NCBI GenBank assembly: GCA_002011125.2
Contig: MTMF02000009.1
Coordinates: forward strand, 1,160,989 to 1,224,988
Direction: 5' to 3'
DNA length: 64,000 bases
Source: Candidatus Hydrothermarchaeum profundi
GTDB taxonomy: Archaea > Hydrothermarchaeota > Hydrothermarchaeia > Hydrothermarchaeales > Hydrothermarchaeaceae
A model generated the notes under the pieces. That model was not told the origin of the DNA, ran no database searches, and was given only the letters and a program-made list of their open reading frames with translations. Position 1 is the first letter of the stretch, and each line of letters starts with the position of its first letter. Shown here one piece after another: positions 1-9,179 of this stretch. The translations under genes were made by a program, and so were the position numbers.

Positions 1-539
1 CCATTACGGAGTAAGGCAGGGTCGATTATATCTGGGCGGTTGCTTCCTCCAATCGTAATAACTTTATCATTTTTTGCAGATTTATCGATTTCACGTAAGA
101 ATCTCCTAGTAGTGTTAGGAGGAGCTATTTTACGTGGGGGTTCTAAAAGACCCGATTGAGCTTCTCGCCTTGGGGCTAATACTTCGATTTCATTAATGAA
201 AATAACACATGGGGCAATCTTAGTTGCATCTTTGTACAGGTGTGTTATCTGATGTTCGTTTTCAATTATCCTAGAAGCTTCTACGGAGATATACATAGCA
301 TTGGCATCTGAAGCAGCCGCTTCGGCTAAAGTACGCATGCTTGTTTTTGGGGGACCCCACATTAGTATTCCATTTCTTGGTCTTAGGTCAGCTTTTTTAA
401 AAGCCTCTGGATATTTTAAGGGTAAGGATACCATTTCTTCTAATCTTTTTTTTACCTCTGTAAAGCCTCCAATATCTTCAAATTTGATTACCGCTTCCCT
501 TATTTTATAGCACTGACCGGGATCGAGTATCTCGCACAT
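1..539 (-). CDS. CDC48/PAN-like AAA+ domain protein with degenerate Walker motifs (3' end runs off the window)
   Basis: Manual translation from ATG at 539: MCEILDPGQCYKIREAVIKFEDIGGFTEVKKRLEEMVSLPLKYPEAF...GILMWGPPKTSMRTLAEAAA...CVIFINEIEVLAPRR...IGGSNRPDIIDPALLRNG; FEDIGG and NRPDxIDPALLR (SRH) are classic AAA-clade motifs; starts 2 nt after the upstream stop. Confidence 0.85.
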   Translation of the reverse strand, partial: MCEILDPGQCYKIREAVIKFEDIGGFTEVKKRLEEMVSLPLKYPEAFKKADLRPRNGILMWGPPKTSMRTLAEAAASDANAMYISVEASRIIENEHQITHLYKDATKIAPCVIFINEIEVLAPRREAQSGLLEPPRKIAPPNTTRRFLREIDKSAKNDKVITIGGSNRPDIIDPALLRN

Positions 540-541
540 AG

Positions 542-1603
542 TTAGGCCTTCCCAAATTTTCTTGAAGCATTTACCATTGCATAAAGGTTTTTAAAAGGAG
601 TCTGCGAGTGGAGACCACAACTACTAGAGACTATATAACTATACTTCCCAGCTTTATTGATGCAGTTTTTGACGTTCTCTTCAACATCTCGTTCAGACCC
701 CTTGTGGAGAGTGCCCACAGAGACGTTTCCGAAAAGAGCGACTTTATTTCCAACTTCTTTCATTGCTTTATTAAGATCTACTGACTCATCTACACTCAAG
801 CAAACTGCCCCAGTCTTTGCGAGGTCTTTGAGTATAGGGGAAGTGTCTCCACATATGTGTATAATAACTTCCCCCCCGTACTTCCTTAGAGCGCTACAAA
901 CTTTTTTTTCATAAGGATATGCGAACTCCCTATAATGTTTTGGTGAGATAACTTGCGATGCTGCAGAAGGATCTTCGATCATGATTCCGTGAGTACCTAT
1001 ATCTATTTGCTTCTTCCCGATCTCTATAGCAGCCTCAGCCATGAAATTTAAGAGCTTGTGAACTTCATTTTTTCTTATACTCATATCCAGCATGAAGTTT
1101 TCCATACCTCGAATCCATTCAGCGGCATAATGAAATGGTGCAGGCACTTTACTGCAGATATATACCTCCCCCTTAGTTATCTTAAGTAGTTCTTGCAGGG
1201 GCTCCCACCTTTCTTCATTATCTGTGTCGGGCATTTTTAATTCGTCTAGCTGTGAATAGTCACTTATAGCAGGTTCCCTCACAGCAGGTCCTCCATTAAG
1301 AGGTATCTTAAGCTTAGTTCCCCACTCAGTTGGCAATACCGCATATCCATCAATTATTTTTAAGCTCTTACGTTCCTCTTTGGTAATTCCTTGTATTGGC
1401 TGATGATTGAATATCCAGTCGTATCCGTACTTCCTCTGTGCTTTTAACTGTCCTTTTACGTAGAGTTCATTATTAGTAACGTATTCCCAAGGCTTTACTC
1501 CTAAAACTTTAGAGGCATGAGGGACATTGACCATTGGGGCTACCGGTAGATAATCTAGTGAATCTCCTTCTAACGCAGCTCTGAATCTTTCAACAGATTT
1601 CAT
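542..1603 (-). CDS. MtaA/CmuA-family methyltransferase (uroporphyrinogen decarboxylase fold)
   Basis: IHICGD and SSCG (His-x-Cys...Cys Zn ligands), ISPxxYREF, FGNV; adjacent to corrinoid protein. Confidence 0.85.
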   Translation of the reverse strand: MKSVERFRAALEGDSLDYLPVAPMVNVPHASKVLGVKPWEYVTNNELYVKGQLKAQRKYGYDWIFNHQPIQGITKEERKSLKIIDGYAVLPTEWGTKLKIPLNGGPAVREPAISDYSQLDELKMPDTDNEERWEPLQELLKITKGEVYICSKVPAPFHYAAEWIRGMENFMLDMSIRKNEVHKLLNFMAEAAIEIGKKQIDIGTHGIMIEDPSAASQVISPKHYREFAYPYEKKVCSALRKYGGEVIIHICGDTSPILKDLAKTGAVCLSVDESVDLNKAMKEVGNKVALFGNVSVGTLHKGSERDVEENVKNCINKAGKYSYIVSSSCGLHSQTPFKNLYAMVNASRKFGKA

Positions 1604-2226
1604 TTCTTCTCCCTCATGATCCTCTCGCAGAGAAGTACTGCTTTTCTAGCGTCACTGCCATAACCTTGGACACCAAGCTCTTTTGCATACTCTTCAGTAG
1701 CGGCAGCTCCCCCAATAATAAAAGCATATTTTTCCCTTAAACCATGTTTTTCGAATTCTTCTATTACCCTTTTCATCCCCTCAATAGTGGTGGTCATCAT
1801 TGCGGATAATCCTACAATATCCGCCCTGAACTCTTTTGCCTTCTCTACGAAGTCTATGGCAGGTATATCTCTTCCAATATTGTACACCTTAAAGCCTGCT
1901 CCTTCTAAGAACATTGCTACGAGGTTCTTTCCTATATCATGAACATCGCCTTCGACACTTCCTATTACTATTCTTCCTGTGGCCTCTGATTTTTCATAGT
2001 CTAATAGAGGCTTAAGGATATCAAGGCCTCTCTGCATAGCATAAGCAGATAATAATGTTTCAGGAACATAGTACTCTTTTTTCTCAAATTTTTCTCCTAC
2101 TATCTCCATGCCTGAGATCATTTCTCTGAGGATTTCCTCAGGTTTAAGGCCATTATCAAGAGAGTTTCTAATGAGAGTTTCTATGTTATCTATATCCCCA
2201 TTAATGACGGCTTCTTTAATGGACAT
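1600..2226 (-). CDS. Corrinoid (B12-binding) methyl-carrier protein, MtaC/MtbC-like
   Basis: GDVHDIGKNLV (DxHxxG), LSAMMTTT, IIGGAA; N-terminal cap domain GMEIVGEKFE. Confidence 0.92.
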   Translation of the reverse strand: MSIKEAVINGDIDNIETLIRNSLDNGLKPEEILREMISGMEIVGEKFEKKEYYVPETLLSAYAMQRGLDILKPLLDYEKSEATGRIVIGSVEGDVHDIGKNLVAMFLEGAGFKVYNIGRDIPAIDFVEKAKEFRADIVGLSAMMTTTIEGMKRVIEEFEKHGLREKYAFIIGGAAATEEYAKELGVQGYGSDARKAVLLCERIMREKK

Positions 2227-2341
2227 TCTACACCTGAATTCTACTTATTATTAACAATGGAAAAAGCTGCTATTGGTCTCTCTCCTTCCATTCTTATATA
2301 CTTTTTATATTTTCCCGTTAATATGTAAATTTATAAGATTA

Positions 2342-3358
2342 TTAGCGTCTTGTATTGTAGGAGACTTTCACCATCTCTGTTATATTTTCTTCTCTAGCAC
2401 TTCGTGGGACTACGCATCCAGAACTTAGGACTACCCTTTCCTGTAGTTCCACGACTTTCTCAGAGATTTTTCTAATTTCTGATGGAGTGCCTCTAAAGAG
2501 TAGATTGGAAGGTACATTTCCCCATGCAGGTATTTTTTCCCAGACTAATTTTATGTCAGTCATTTCATCGAAACTCAAGCAACTCGCTCCGGTTCTACTC
2601 ACATCGTCTAGTATTTTACTGATATCTCCGCATATATGGAGTATTACTGGTACATCCTTTGTTATTTCTTTTATAAGTCTGCGTTCATATTTGAAGACAA
2701 ATTTTCGGTAATCTTCAGGGGAAATTAGTGATGAAGAAGCTGATGAATCTGGTATAAAAATCGCATGTGCTCCTACTTCAATCTGAGCTTTGGCGATTTC
2801 TAGGCAGCGATCAAGTGAAAAATCGAGTAGTTTTAAGATAAAATCTCTATCTTTTTTCATCTCTACCAAAAATTTTTCAAGAGGATATAAGAAGGTTGAA
2901 GCAAAAGTAAATGGAGCTCTAGTTGTACCGCAAACAAAATCTTCTTTTTCAAGCATATATCTTAGCGGCGCCGTCCTTTCTTTTGAGAATTGATCTGGGA
3001 TATTAATTTTGTCAAGCTCTTCCTTGCTTTTTAACGCAGGCTCTAAAGTTTGAGGCGACCCATGGGAAGATAGCAGTATCTTAGTTCCTAACTCTAACTG
3101 TAGAATAACTCTATCGTCTTGGTAAATTACATTTTTCCTCTCCCACTTGGTGATTCCTTGAAACGGTTGATGAGCCCAGACCCAATCATACCCATGATGA
3201 CGTTTACATGCAATCTGGGCTTCTGCATATTTTTTATTATCCAACACATACTCTTGGGGACTAATACCATATATTTTTGAAGCATAACCAGAGGTTATTA
3301 GAGGCGCAACCGGGACTCTCTCAACTTTCTTGCCTGTGAGGGTTTCTAGTATATTCAT
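2342..3358 (-). CDS. MtaA/CmuA-family methyltransferase (UroD fold), paralog of 542..1603
   Basis: ILHICGD, SSGC, ISPEDYRKF, WGNV; shares GYDWxxxHQPxQGITK motif with the first copy. Confidence 0.82.
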   Translation of the reverse strand: MNILETLTGKKVERVPVAPLITSGYASKIYGISPQEYVLDNKKYAEAQIACKRHHGYDWVWAHQPFQGITKWERKNVIYQDDRVILQLELGTKILLSSHGSPQTLEPALKSKEELDKINIPDQFSKERTAPLRYMLEKEDFVCGTTRAPFTFASTFLYPLEKFLVEMKKDRDFILKLLDFSLDRCLEIAKAQIEVGAHAIFIPDSSASSSLISPEDYRKFVFKYERRLIKEITKDVPVILHICGDISKILDDVSRTGASCLSFDEMTDIKLVWEKIPAWGNVPSNLLFRGTPSEIRKISEKVVELQERVVLSSGCVVPRSAREENITEMVKVSYNTRR

Positions 3359-3418
3359 TCTAACTGGAATTTGCTACAAAATTATTTAAACATTTATCAG
3401 CGCAATTATTTCGGAGAA

Positions 3419-4336
3419 ATGATAGAAGTAAGTAAGGTTTCAAAAAGCTTTGGTGGTTATAGTGCAGTAAAAGATGTTAGCTTTAATGTTGAGGAGGGGG
3501 AGATATTTGGGATTTTAGGTCCTAATGGTGCAGGTAAAACCACTCTGATATCAATGCTTTCTACTGCTATAATACCTGACTCAGGGGAAATTACAATATT
3601 CGGCCTAGATGTATCTACTCATGCAAAGGAGATTAGAAGATCTATCGGGGTTATTTTTCAGAATTCAAGTCTAGATGATAAACTAACATGCAGAGAAAAT
3701 CTTTGGATAAGCGCATCTCTTTATGGAGTATCTAGAGTGGAAAGGCTAAAGAGAATACAAGAAAAGCTGGAGTTAGTCGGTCTTGACGAGTGGGAGAATA
3801 CCCTCGTAAAGAAGTTGTCTTGGGGAATGAAAAGACGTCTTGAGATAGCTAGAGCCTTGATCTCGAACCCTAAAGTTCTTCTGATGGATGAGCCTACCTT
3901 AGGTCTTGATCCAAAGGCGAGATTTGATTTATGGGAGCATTTAGAGAATCTTGGGGTAACTGTTGTTTTGTCTACTAATTATATGGAAGAGGCAGATAGG
4001 CTTTGTAATAAAATTGCTTTAATGGATGCGGGAAGATTAGTTGCTATAGATACGCCACAGGATCTTAAAAACACTATTAAGGGCGATGCTATAACCTTGA
4101 GAGTGAGAGACTATAAAAAGATAGCTTCAAAATTAAAGGAAGAATATGCTAGTCTAAAAGTGGTTGGGGAAAAAATAATCATATATACTGGTGGGGGAGA
4201 GGGGGAAGTTTCTAGGCTGGTTAGGAGGATAGGGGAAGACTTAGTATCTATAGAGATGAGGCAGCCAAATCTTAACGATGTATTCCTTGAGTATACTGGA
4301 AAAGAGCTTAGGAGTCCAGAGTTGAATGAACATTGA
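3419..4336 (+). CDS. ABC-2 (DrrA-like) transporter ATP-binding subunit
   Basis: Walker A GPNGAGKT, Walker B LLMDEPT, C-terminal PNLNDVFL; start moved to ATG 3419 behind GGAG. Confidence 0.88.
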   Translation: MIEVSKVSKSFGGYSAVKDVSFNVEEGEIFGILGPNGAGKTTLISMLSTAIIPDSGEITIFGLDVSTHAKEIRRSIGVIFQNSSLDDKLTCRENLWISASLYGVSRVERLKRIQEKLELVGLDEWENTLVKKLSWGMKRRLEIARALISNPKVLLMDEPTLGLDPKARFDLWEHLENLGVTVVLSTNYMEEADRLCNKIALMDAGRLVAIDTPQDLKNTIKGDAITLRVRDYKKIASKLKEEYASLKVVGEKIIIYTGGGEGEVSRLVRRIGEDLVSIEMRQPNLNDVFLEYTGKELRSPELNEH

Positions 4337-5084
4337 AATTATAAGTACAATATGGATTAGGGAACTTAAGCGGTATTTTCGCGAGCGAGGGCAATTTTTG
4401 AGTACTATCTTTATATCTTTGCTCTGGCTCCTAATCTTCGGGATTGGGATAGGTTCGATGAGAGTAGGTCGATTGTCAAATTATCAGTCCTTTATTTATC
4501 CAGGAGTTATAGGTATGGCATTATTGGTGACTTCGATTAGGTCTGGTATAACAATAATAAGGGATAAGGAACTCGGATTTATCAATTTTCTTCTTATAGC
4601 CCCTGTATCAAGGAGTACTATCCTCATTGGCAAGACAATGGGGGCTATAACTATCACGTTGATCCAAGGTTTAATACTACTTGGGCTATCTTTTGTGGTA
4701 AATGTTGGTCTAAGTCTTTCAGCTGTGGCGTCTTCGATAGTTATTATGGCTCTAATGAGTATAGGGCTTGTTAGTATAGGGCAGGTGATAGCTTCTAGAA
4801 TGGAATCATTTGAAGGGTTCAATATGTTCATGAGTCTTTTAATAATGCCTATGTTTTTTTTAAGCGGGGCTTTATTTCCTATTAAGGGCCTCCCCGAGTG
4901 GCTGAGGATACTTAGTTATCTGAATCCCCTTACCTACGGTGTTGACGCTTTAAGAATAGTACTGATAGGTTCAGATTTCGCAGTTTTAGATTTGGTGGGA
5001 GATGTAATAATACTATTTTTCTTTTCTTTGATTATGCAGTTCTTTGCTTTAGTAGCTTTTAAAAAAATGGATATATTACCATAA
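4326..5084 (+). CDS. ABC-2 transporter permease
   Basis: About six hydrophobic segments, FLSGALFP, NPLTYGVDALR motifs. Confidence 0.88.
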   Translation: MNIEIISTIWIRELKRYFRERGQFLSTIFISLLWLLIFGIGIGSMRVGRLSNYQSFIYPGVIGMALLVTSIRSGITIIRDKELGFINFLLIAPVSRSTILIGKTMGAITITLIQGLILLGLSFVVNVGLSLSAVASSIVIMALMSIGLVSIGQVIASRMESFEGFNMFMSLLIMPMFFLSGALFPIKGLPEWLRILSYLNPLTYGVDALRIVLIGSDFAVLDLVGDVIILFFFSLIMQFFALVAFKKMDILP

Positions 5085-5085
5085 G

Positions 5086-7038
5086 TTACTTAGAGAGATT
5101 AGATTCTCTCGTAACTCCCGGTAATGTAAAAGTTCCTTCCTTATATGCTAGCCTAGCAAATAAGTTGGGGTCAGGTACTTTCTCCAGATGCCACAGGAAA
5201 ATGTTATCATACAATAGATCGCTTGCAAGATCATGAACTACTTGAGCCTTGGAAGGTAACATCCCCATTCCTTGTAGCTTCATCATCATAGGGATCCTAT
5301 TCAGCGACCTTCCTCTATACTGGCTTCTTCTAGCTTCTAGGTATTCATCTGCAGAAAGACCCCTCGCCGCCCTCGCATATGCTTCCAACCATAACTTCTT
5401 CTCGGAAAATCCTCCGCTAAGTTTTTTGGCTTCCTCGACAGATGTAAGCTTTTCTAGATTATCCAGCAAAATAAAGCCTCGTATGTAGGTCCCCGTTAAC
5501 TCTTTAAGAGTCATAAAGTCCGGTTTTTGGATTAGTGATTTTTCAAGCTCTTGTCCTTTAACTACATTTTCTGTTAGATTAGTTAAGAAAATATCAAGAG
5601 GGGGGGTTGTAGCCTTTTCAGCCTCTTCTTTAATAATATCGACATCCACATCCAAGTAAAGTGGTCTATCTTTTATCATGTCTGAAAGAAATCTTGTTTT
5701 CTGAAGTTGGAATGCTTTCCTCTGACTACCTACCAATCTAAAATTCACTCCATCCACTAGGAATATGTGTCCCGTAGGGGTCCCATCTTCAATAATATCG
5801 AAGATATAGTTTGGTTCTCCATCATAATAATAAGGACCTCTTACGATTATTCCTTCGCCTTCTAATAGGAGGGGATATCCCTTCAAGACATCTCTAGCGG
5901 TCTCCAAGTCGATACCACCTGCTTTTATCGTTATGTCTACCGTATCTACATTTTTTATCTTATGGGATATCAGTTCCATTGGAGAGGGTACACGGAATTC
6001 ATCCGACGAGGCATAAGATTGAGAAGTAAATCCCAGAGTTATTGCTCCGATCACAAGTAGGGCTATAATAAACATTGGCCGTCTCCTCGTTAATATCAGC
6101 ACCGATATAGCCAATAGGATAATGATAGTAGGGCCACATACGGCTTTTCCACTTTCAGCTACTTTTTGAACACCAAGGCGTTTTTTTGCATTTTCAATTT
6201 CAGGAAGATAGTCATATGATAGAATATCTTTCCTTAAAGATATCTCACTATCTAGTATTTTCGCATTCTCTCCTACAAGCTCTACTTCCCTTAGAATACT
6301 CTCTTTAGTAACTACTATATCCCACTTCTCCCTAATAGTAGTACCTGGAGGATACTCTTCTAATTCCCCCGTGAACACCTTTAAATCTAGTCCCAGTTGT
6401 AAGTAATCCGAGAATACTTTGTCATATGCTTCAATTAGTTTTTGAAATCCTTCATATGAGTACTTACCTGTTGCTGAGGATTCATGGATTTCTATTAAGA
6501 GGTTAGGGGGCGTTCTGCTGTACCTGAAGGTGTAAGAATCTTCAGGATAAAGTATAGAGTTGGTAATTCTACTTACTTCGGCAATATCTTCTGCGAGTTT
6601 CTCATAGTCTGTCAGGAAAGTTTCTAATTGTACTCTCTCCTCGTCTGTTAAGGTTGAAAAACTGGCGAAGTTTCTCACATTTTGTGTTTCATATTTTGCT
6701 GCAAGAGGTATCTTTGTATAATCTCCTATAGCATAGAATAACGGATCCCAGAGAGTCAGAGTTTTAAGGTCTCTTGTTGCGAACACTTTTCGCATGACTT
6801 CTGCATCGGTAACGAACTGTGATTTTAATTCATCATAAACTAACGACCCCTTCTTCTCCCCCATTAGCATATAATCAGCTATGAAATAGGGGTTGTTATC
6901 AACGTAAAACGGTCCCTCTATTAAAATAGCCTCTCCATTAGAGTATTTAGTTGCGGATTCTCTTACTTCGTTTGGTGATGCATATACGGGAGATATCAGT
7001 AAAATAACAGCCAATAATGTACAAAGTACTTTCATCAT
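5086..7038 (-). CDS. Secreted protein of unknown function with two homologous domains separated by an internal CGP-CTERM and a second signal-like segment
   Basis: N-terminal signal peptide (..SPVYA/S); VCGPTIIILLAISVLILTRRR mid-protein; repeated GExIxxxGPxYxDxxPxxIxD motif. Confidence 0.75.
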   Translation of the reverse strand: MMKVLCTLLAVILLISPVYASPNEVRESATKYSNGEAILIEGPFYVDNNPYFIADYMLMGEKKGSLVYDELKSQFVTDAEVMRKVFATRDLKTLTLWDPLFYAIGDYTKIPLAAKYETQNVRNFASFSTLTDEERVQLETFLTDYEKLAEDIAEVSRITNSILYPEDSYTFRYSRTPPNLLIEIHESSATGKYSYEGFQKLIEAYDKVFSDYLQLGLDLKVFTGELEEYPPGTTIREKWDIVVTKESILREVELVGENAKILDSEISLRKDILSYDYLPEIENAKKRLGVQKVAESGKAVCGPTIIILLAISVLILTRRRPMFIIALLVIGAITLGFTSQSYASSDEFRVPSPMELISHKIKNVDTVDITIKAGGIDLETARDVLKGYPLLLEGEGIIVRGPYYYDGEPNYIFDIIEDGTPTGHIFLVDGVNFRLVGSQRKAFQLQKTRFLSDMIKDRPLYLDVDVDIIKEEAEKATTPPLDIFLTNLTENVVKGQELEKSLIQKPDFMTLKELTGTYIRGFILLDNLEKLTSVEEAKKLSGGFSEKKLWLEAYARAARGLSADEYLEARRSQYRGRSLNRIPMMMKLQGMGMLPSKAQVVHDLASDLLYDNIFLWHLEKVPDPNLFARLAYKEGTFTLPGVTRESNLSK

Positions 7039-7092
7039 CTTTCAATTTTAAAAATTATATTTAAATAAGTTTGTGGAAAAGTATATAATATA

Positions 7093-9174
7093 ATGAAAGA
7101 AACAAGCCGTCCCCCTCTCTTAGAGGGCGATGAGAATTTCTCGAACATTGACTATTTTAATGCACTCATATCCAACATGGCAGACGGAATTATGCTTATT
7201 AATAAAAATTATATCATAACAGAGGCTAACCCCGCAGCTTGTAGGTTATTGAGGCTTAATAGGAAGGATGTAATAGGAAAGAATTGTTACACTGTATCTC
7301 ACAAAAGGACGAGACGTTGTTTTCCTACTAGAAATTGTCCTGTGAAAAAAGTCTTTGAAAGTTCTAAGCCCTGTAGAGTTGTTCACAAACATTTTGATGC
7401 TGCAGGGAATCCCTTTATTGTAGAGTTAACAGCGTCTCCTCTCTTCGGTAAAAACGGGGAAGTTATTCAAGTATTGGAAATTTCGAGGGATATTACGGAG
7501 AGAATGAAAATTGAACAGAAACTTGAGAAGTATAGTAAAGAGCTTGAAAAAAGGGTAGTAGAGAGGACGAAAATTATACAAAAACATGCAGAAGAGCTGG
7601 CTTTACTTCAGAAAGTGAATAATGCAATTAATAGAGCACTACCCCTAGAAAAAGTCCTTCAAATAGTCGTTGATGGGTTAACGTCTTCTTTTGAATACGA
7701 TGCCAGTGGCATTACCCTTCTCGATAAGAATAAAAGATATTTATATTCAATTGCAGTTTCATCTAGCTTGGATCTAATTAGGAAAGTAGAAGACTTTACC
7801 GGCATGACTCTTAAAGATTACAGGACTCCTCTTTTTGAAGGTAGCATATATAAAAAGCTAGTAGAGTATAAAGAGCCTCTTTTCACAGAGAACATAGTTA
7901 AAGTTTTTGAGCATTTTACGGATAATAAAGATCTTAGAGTCCTCGCTGAGGGTATAGCTGAGATAACAGGATTCAAGTCTGCTATCGGGGTCCCTCTAAC
8001 TGCGGGCGATAAGGTTATAGGTATACTTGGAGTAGCAAGTTCAAAAAAGCTTACTGAAGAAGATGTTGAAAGACTTAAGAGAATTGCTTCTCAGTCGGGT
8101 ATAGCGATTGAGAAGGCCAAACTTGAAAATGAGATAAGGGAATCTGAAAAAAAATTCCATAGTATTTTTGAGTTTGCATATGATGGGATTTTCTTAATCA
8201 ATGAGGAGGGGGCTTTTACTATGGTTAATAAGAAAGCATGCCAGATGACGGGTTTTTCAAAGGAAGAGCTGCTTAAAATGGATATAAGAGAGCTTATCAT
8301 GGAGGAAGATTTCAATACTTTTAATTTTAATAAAGGGGAAGATTTCGTAAATGAAACAAAAATTAGGAGAAAGAATGGAGAATTCATTTTCGTAGAGCAA
8401 AGCATAGCACCAATTGTAATAGGAGGTAAAAAATACTATCAGATTATTGCAAGGGACATTACTGAAAAGAAAAAGTTAGAAAAAGAAAAAGAGAAGCTAG
8501 TAAGGCAATTATACCAAGCTGATAAACTTGCTTCTATTGGTCTACTAGCTGCGGGGGTTGCCCATAGCATTAACAATCCTTTAACTTCTATATCTCTGAA
8601 TGCTGAAATTCTAAAAAGAAAAATTAAAGATAGGGATATAAAAAAGAAAATAGAGACAATTGAAGAGCAAGTAAATATAGTTGCTTCAATTACAAAGAGT
8701 CTCTTAGATTTTTCTATGGAAATAAGATCGGAAGATAAAATGGTAGATTTAAATGAAATTATTAAAAAAGACCTTGAAACATTATCTTTTTCATTAAAAG
8801 AAATATATGTATACAAAGACCTTGGAAAAATACCTAAAATAAAGGGGAATGCAAGTAAGCTACATCAGCTATTCATGAACTTATTCATGAATTCAATTCA
8901 TGCGATGCCTACTGGTGGGAACTTAAAAGTTTCAACTGTAAAAGAGGGGGTTAATGTTATAGTCACAGTATCAGATACTGGGCAGGGTATACCCAAGGAA
9001 TATTTGTCTAAGATCTTTGATCCCTTCTTCACTACAAAGGAAGTTGGAGAGGGTACTGGACTAGGGCTGAGCATATGTCATGGAATTGTTAAAGAGCATG
9101 GTGGAGTGATAGATGTTGAAAGCGAGTTGGGAAAAGGCACGACTTTCAAAATAAGGTTTCCTGTAAGGAGCTAA
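7093..9174 (+). CDS. PAS-GAF-PAS sensor histidine kinase (cytoplasmic)
   Basis: H-box AGVAHSINNPL, N-box NLFMNSIHAM, DTGQG, FDPFFTTK, GTGLGL; PAS/PAC ends SRDITER, ARDITEK. Confidence 0.93.
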   Translation: MKETSRPPLLEGDENFSNIDYFNALISNMADGIMLINKNYIITEANPAACRLLRLNRKDVIGKNCYTVSHKRTRRCFPTRNCPVKKVFESSKPCRVVHKHFDAAGNPFIVELTASPLFGKNGEVIQVLEISRDITERMKIEQKLEKYSKELEKRVVERTKIIQKHAEELALLQKVNNAINRALPLEKVLQIVVDGLTSSFEYDASGITLLDKNKRYLYSIAVSSSLDLIRKVEDFTGMTLKDYRTPLFEGSIYKKLVEYKEPLFTENIVKVFEHFTDNKDLRVLAEGIAEITGFKSAIGVPLTAGDKVIGILGVASSKKLTEEDVERLKRIASQSGIAIEKAKLENEIRESEKKFHSIFEFAYDGIFLINEEGAFTMVNKKACQMTGFSKEELLKMDIRELIMEEDFNTFNFNKGEDFVNETKIRRKNGEFIFVEQSIAPIVIGGKKYYQIIARDITEKKKLEKEKEKLVRQLYQADKLASIGLLAAGVAHSINNPLTSISLNAEILKRKIKDRDIKKKIETIEEQVNIVASITKSLLDFSMEIRSEDKMVDLNEIIKKDLETLSFSLKEIYVYKDLGKIPKIKGNASKLHQLFMNLFMNSIHAMPTGGNLKVSTVKEGVNVIVTVSDTGQGIPKEYLSKIFDPFFTTKEVGEGTGLGLSICHGIVKEHGGVIDVESELGKGTTFKIRFPVRS

Positions 9175-9179
9175 ATTAG

